Source: Bacteroidia bacterium
Lineage (GTDB): Bacteria > Bacteroidota > Bacteroidia > UKL13-3
DNA: 64,000 nucleotides
Reading direction: 5' to 3'
NCBI GenBank assembly: GCA_023151275.1
Contig: JAKLJI010000018.1
Location: 2,653 to 66,652 of the forward strand
The position numbers and the translations under genes are program-made. The first letter of the stretch is position 1, and each line of letters opens with the position of its first letter. Positions 59,555 to 64,000 of the stretch are shown here, in pieces. The notes beneath the pieces were generated by a model. It made no database searches, was not told the DNA's origin, and saw only the letters and a program-made list of their open reading frames with translations.

Positions 59555-60712
59555 TGTTGTTTCCGCAACTGCATACTTTGCCACCTATTCCAATGAGATT
59601 TCCAATTCAGACCATGCCGTTTTATATGGCTACGATGAAAGGGGAAATGTGGAGCATCTCGTAAGGTATACCAAAGGTCTCATCCCTTTGAACCAACAAT
59701 TCAAGTCAGTACATTACCGCTTCGATCAATTGAGTGGCAAATTGAATGAGGTCATCTACCAAGAGGCCAAACCCGACCAATACGTTCACCACTACGAATA
59801 CGATGCCGAAAACCGCTTGGTAAAATCCTATTCATCCACCCGCCTGGAAGCCATTCATGAATCGGCCATCGATGGCCTCAGACCGGGCTTGGATGCCGCT
59901 TATGCCTATTACCTGCATGGCCCATTGGCCCGCACCGAGCTGGGCGAAATTAAAGTTCAAGGGGTAGACTATGCATATACAATCCTGGGCTGGCTTAAAG
60001 CGGTTAATTCAGATCAACTCAATGCCGCCAATGATATGGGAAAGGATGGATTTAATGGAACACTGGGTGGTACAACCTTTACAAGTGATTTTCCTTTGGA
60101 CGAAATGGGATTTAGTCTGCATTATTTTGAGGGTGATTACGCTCCGGTTTTAAAACAAAATGATGGTTCAAGCGCTGAGGCTTTGCATAATGCAATCCTA
60201 CAATATCCTTCATTTGCTGCACTCCCTACCTCACTCAATGCAACAAGCCCTTCCTTGTACAATGGCAATATCTCCCGTATGATTACTGCCATCCGCCAGT
60301 TCTCCAGCCCTTCGCCAAGTTTGGTTTCTGCATATCAGTACGACCAACTCAACCGCATCACAGCAGCCAATTACCATTACCTGTCGGCAAACAATACCTT
60401 GACAGCTACCGAAGATTGGAAGAATACGTTTACCTACGATGCCAATGGCAATATCCTAAGCCAGTTTAGAAACGCCTCTGGAAGCAATCGTGAAATGGAC
60501 GACCTGAAGTATTTCTACAAGGCTTACGATAAAACCAATGCGAATGCTCCAATCACCTATTCTTACACTAGCTCCGGCGCATTGGTAAATGCTTCCGGAA
60601 CGCCTTTGGATGAGACCCAATTTGACCTTACCAACCAATTGAGTTATGTAACAGACAGCAAAGGCTCAGGAACCCATTCAGACGATATCGACAACCAGAG
60701 CCATAGCTTCAC
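59555..60712 (+). pseudogene. 5'-truncated internal fragment of a large RHS protein
   Basis: YGYDERGNV, YEYDAENRL, YYLHGPLARTELG..KVQGVDYAYTILGWLKAVN, LYNGNI, YQYDQLNRI and TYDANGNI motifs; no credible start; ends at the MITE insertion after DDIDNQS. Confidence 0.8.
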
Positions 60713-60875
60713 AACCCGGATTATTCATTTGAACTTCGTTATGAGGGCCAAAAGGCCAAAGAAATTGGCCGTTTCGCGAGTAAGGCATACCATACTTGGT
60801 ATGCTGAGTGAGAGAAATGGGCAATTTCACAGGCATTTTGGGCAGTAATAGATGGTCAAATGCATATTCCGGGTT
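60713..60875 (+). mobile_element. MITE/ERIC-like element, copy 3, inserted in an RHS gene
   Basis: Terminal inverted repeats AACCCGGATTATTCATTTGA and TCAAATGCATATTCCGGGTT (18/20 match); central hairpin GCATACCA-TACT-TGGTATGC; RHS coding sequence on both sides. Confidence 0.85.
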
Positions 60876-63484
60876 TAAATCAGTACGATGAGATTGGTAA
60901 CCTTACACAGGATATCAGTGAAGAAATCGAGAAGATTGAATGGACGGTTTATGGCAAAATCCGCAGGATTACCCGGATAGCAAGCAGCAGCAAACCGGAT
61001 TTGGAATTTGAATATACTCCGGACGGACATCGTTCGGTAAAGATAGTAATACCCAAAACCGGCACTATGCGCAGTTATACGTATTATGTAAGAGATGCGC
61101 AAGGCAATATCCTTGCCACTTACAGCAGGCAGTTTCAGAAAACCATCGACTATGCAAACCTGAGTTATGCCCAGGTTAATACCAGTTTAATTCAAAAAAG
61201 CAGTCCGGAGAGTTTTGCATGGTTTATTGCTAACGAGCATGCCAATGGCCCAAGCGGATTCAGAAATGCATTGAAGAATGATATTTTGTCAAGTTCATCG
61301 GCAACAGATTGGTTTTTAAACCACCCCAGCTTCAATCCGGAACTGATTTTGGGTATGGAGGAGGAGTTGGCAGAGCGTGTTTATTTCCATACTCCTTCAG
61401 CGGAGCTATTCAGAGCCTTGTTCAATACGGGGAATATCAATCTTGATCAATTGTGTGGATGCATGAAGAATAGGAAGAATGAGCCGGGAGCACCGAATTA
61501 CCTGGCCTTTGTAGAGTATATGCTGACACAAAACAAATTGCGCAGCGTTTATTTGCAGTATTTGTCAAACGTAGAACCATCGGTTTATTCAGCCTTTCTA
61601 GCAGAGGCAGGGGTAGCGCCAAGCAATTTTGAAGCGGAATTGGCGGAGATTGAGCAGAAGATTATTGACAATGGAGTTTCTGCCATTTATAGCTTTTTGG
61701 TAGCCGTATCACAGGATTGCCCCTCTCATATAGCGGATTTTCAGAATCAACTTGTTGGAGATTGGCGAGAAGATTACAGACAGGAACTATCTTCCATACC
61801 CGACTTCAACGAGTTATTTCAAAACACAAGCCTCGATAATTATAATTTCCCTTGTGCTGAATTGGGATTTAATTACCTGTTCTCCCTTTTAAATTCCGAC
61901 AATTCTGCTAACTTGCGTAGTACCTTAATTAACCAGGTTCAAGGAGCGGGAATAACAACGCTGCAACAAAAGAAGAATTGGTTAATAGACTGGTATTTTA
62001 GCAATGATCCCATGGGCTCCATCTACCTGGCAACACTACGCAATCCGGCATTGGTAAGCAACTACCAAACCAATACGGGTATGCTCTATGGAATGCCCTT
62101 TGCCACCGGCATGGAGAATTACTTCCAGAAGATAAAGAACTACTTTGGCCAAAGCATGTTTGATCAGCTAGTAACGGAATTTGCCCAACAAAGTAATTTG
62201 TATGTGGATGAACTAAGAATTGATGATTTTAACATCTATGGAAGCAGCCGTTTGGGGGTTTACGAAGCCAACAGAACAATAAGCCGCAGAGTAGCCCGCG
62301 ACCTCAACAACGACAACCAAGTAAGCAACAACGAGTACGTAGTAGAAACCCCTGAGGAAGTCCTCTACCTCTACAGCAGCTACCAATTGGAACGCGGAGC
62401 CAAGCGATACGAATTAGCCAATCACCTAGGCAATGTACTCACCGTAATCTCTGATAAAAAGACCGCCAATTTCACAGGTACCACCTTCACACACTTTACA
62501 GCCGAACGCATAAGCGCAACAGATTATTCGCCCTTTGGCGCGCCGTTAGCGGGGAGGACTTGGAATGGGGGAGAGTATAGATTTGGCTTCAACTCCATGG
62601 AGAAAGACAACGAAATCAACGGCACTGGGAATGCTTATGATTTTGGAGCGAGAATTTATGATTCAAGGTTGGGGCGGTGGTTGAGTGTGGATCCGTTTGA
62701 CTTTAAGTATCCCCAATTAAGTACTTATTTATTTTGTAACAATGGGCCTTTAATTTATCGGGACATTGATGGAAGAGATTATATTGTTACAATTGATCAC
62801 AAAAGCAAGACTATTGTTATTTCTGCAACTTATTATTATCCAGAAGGTGATGTAGAATCAAAAGCAGCTGCAATTAATGGTGTCCAGGTGTTTAATAGTT
62901 CTAACCTTAATTACACTATTCAAACAGACATGGGGACTGAAAATTATAAAATTATGTTTGATTTGAATGTGGTGCCATCAAAAGATCCAATTGCTGAGGC
63001 TGAAAAGGATGTTAAAGGGAATTCAATAATAGTTGATAATGAAAAGGTTAAGGACTATGAAAGTGTAAAGAAGAAGAATGGTGAGCTTAAGGACCAAGAA
63101 GTTGTCAATGGCTTTACTAGTAATCGGAAGAATATTTTCTTAAGAAATAGAAAGGATAAGAATGACGCTACTCACGAGGTAGGTCACACTCTGGGTCTTG
63201 GACACTTTTGGGTGGGATTTATGGCTCCTTATTCAAATATTAAGTTGTTAGATGTTAATGGAGGTAGAATGTTGCGTGGTTATGCTCAGTATATTCTTTT
63301 GCGAAGCAAGGTTACAACTAATTCGCCCTCTGCCTTTCCAGAAATTCCTCTTCCAGAAGAAAATAAGAATGATCCAACTTTAGGCATAAATCCTCAAGGT
63401 GTACCAACTCAATTCAATGTAGAGTTTAAAAACAACTTATTTTTTGATACAGGAGAAGTTACTAATAAGCCAGTAAAAAAATAG
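60860..63484 (+). CDS. C-terminal part of the RHS protein with a zincin (HExxH) metallopeptidase-type toxin tip
   Basis: YDEIGNL, YYVRDAQGNILATY, YGSSRLG, YELANHLGNVL, DYSPFG, YRFGFNSMEKD, YDFGARIYDSRLGRWLSVDP, DIDGR; tip THEVGHTLGLGH. The ATG lies inside the MITE. Confidence 0.85.
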   Translation: MHIPGLNQYDEIGNLTQDISEEIEKIEWTVYGKIRRITRIASSSKPDLEFEYTPDGHRSVKIVIPKTGTMRSYTYYVRDAQGNILATYSRQFQKTIDYANLSYAQVNTSLIQKSSPESFAWFIANEHANGPSGFRNALKNDILSSSSATDWFLNHPSFNPELILGMEEELAERVYFHTPSAELFRALFNTGNINLDQLCGCMKNRKNEPGAPNYLAFVEYMLTQNKLRSVYLQYLSNVEPSVYSAFLAEAGVAPSNFEAELAEIEQKIIDNGVSAIYSFLVAVSQDCPSHIADFQNQLVGDWREDYRQELSSIPDFNELFQNTSLDNYNFPCAELGFNYLFSLLNSDNSANLRSTLINQVQGAGITTLQQKKNWLIDWYFSNDPMGSIYLATLRNPALVSNYQTNTGMLYGMPFATGMENYFQKIKNYFGQSMFDQLVTEFAQQSNLYVDELRIDDFNIYGSSRLGVYEANRTISRRVARDLNNDNQVSNNEYVVETPEEVLYLYSSYQLERGAKRYELANHLGNVLTVISDKKTANFTGTTFTHFTAERISATDYSPFGAPLAGRTWNGGEYRFGFNSMEKDNEINGTGNAYDFGARIYDSRLGRWLSVDPFDFKYPQLSTYLFCNNGPLIYRDIDGRDYIVTIDHKSKTIVISATYYYPEGDVESKAAAINGVQVFNSSNLNYTIQTDMGTENYKIMFDLNVVPSKDPIAEAEKDVKGNSIIVDNEKVKDYESVKKKNGELKDQEVVNGFTSNRKNIFLRNRKDKNDATHEVGHTLGLGHFWVGFMAPYSNIKLLDVNGGRMLRGYAQYILLRSKVTTNSPSAFPEIPLPEENKNDPTLGINPQGVPTQFNVEFKNNLFFDTGEVTNKPVKK

Positions 63485-63488
63485 AGAT

Positions 63489-63986
63489 ATGAGATTATTA
63501 TTATTTATTTTATTAATTTACAGTAAACAATGTTTTAGTCAACCTATATCAAAATTGTTTTTTGAAAATGATACAATCAATAGGGTGGATAAAAAAGGTA
63601 GGCGTGTGGGGTATTGTCAAATTTATTATTTTAACTCAGATTTTGACAAGATAGTTGTATCAGAAGGTAATTATAGAGAAGGTAGGCGAGTTGGTACTTG
63701 GATGAATTATTTTGGTAGTAACATAGTAACACATATAGATACAATTTTTAAGGACAATGAGGTTGTTTTACTTTATAATAAAGGGGAATATTTGACAATC
63801 ATAAGGAATGATTCAAATTTTGTTGTTCATCATGGAATTAATGAACTTGGTGAAAGATACATAAGGGATAAATGTTTTAAAGATAAAAACGGATACATAT
63901 GTAAAAGATATTCTTACTTCGGTATTCACTTGCAAACAAGGGTTTTAAAAACCTTTGATGAAGTTCTAAAGTTGATTTTTAATTAA
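63489..63986 (+). CDS. Putative exported immunity protein (MORN/YwqK-like repeats)
   Basis: Directly follows the toxin gene; signal peptide; NRVDKKGRRVG.C..Y and SEGNY.EGRRVGTW..YF motifs. Confidence 0.65.
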   Translation: MRLLLFILLIYSKQCFSQPISKLFFENDTINRVDKKGRRVGYCQIYYFNSDFDKIVVSEGNYREGRRVGTWMNYFGSNIVTHIDTIFKDNEVVLLYNKGEYLTIIRNDSNFVVHHGINELGERYIRDKCFKDKNGYICKRYSYFGIHLQTRVLKTFDEVLKLIFN

Positions 63987-64000
63987 TTTGATGAGTTGAT

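Overview
Bacteroidota chromosomal window (SusC/SusD pair, T9SS C-terminal sorting domains, TAnnTTTG-type promoters). From left to right: (1) an alpha-glucan utilisation locus at 1-12.1 kb: a partial GH31 gene missed by the ORF track, a multi-CBM T9SS protein, a GH13 T9SS amylase, SusC, SusD and two accessory proteins, plus three exact 28-bp repeats carrying a LacI-type operator palindrome; (2) housekeeping and envelope genes (PAP2, ArnT-like, tsaD, tamB, Smr, ychF, glmM); (3) two divergent ECF sigma modules; (4) at 30.5-37.2 kb a ThiF-nitroreductase didomain enzyme (Rv1355c/OxzB-like), a putative GNAT-fold N-acyltransferase, a 7TMR-DISM histidine kinase and two receiver proteins, the best candidate for an undescribed small-molecule synthase-plus-sensor system; (5) AsmA, a class-V aminotransferase, a 7 x ~134-bp palindromic repeat array, a CDF transporter, a GlcD-like oxidase and DPP-IV; (6) an AT-rich polymorphic-toxin region at 48.4-64 kb with a frameshifted RelE-like toxin, Sec-signal RHS proteins, immunity genes, orphan RHS fragments and direct repeats. 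A 160-200-bp MITE/ERIC-like element occurs three times, and one copy splits an RHS gene. I found no rRNA, tRNA, CRISPR array, transposase or integrase. All family calls come from motif recognition by eye, not from database searches.
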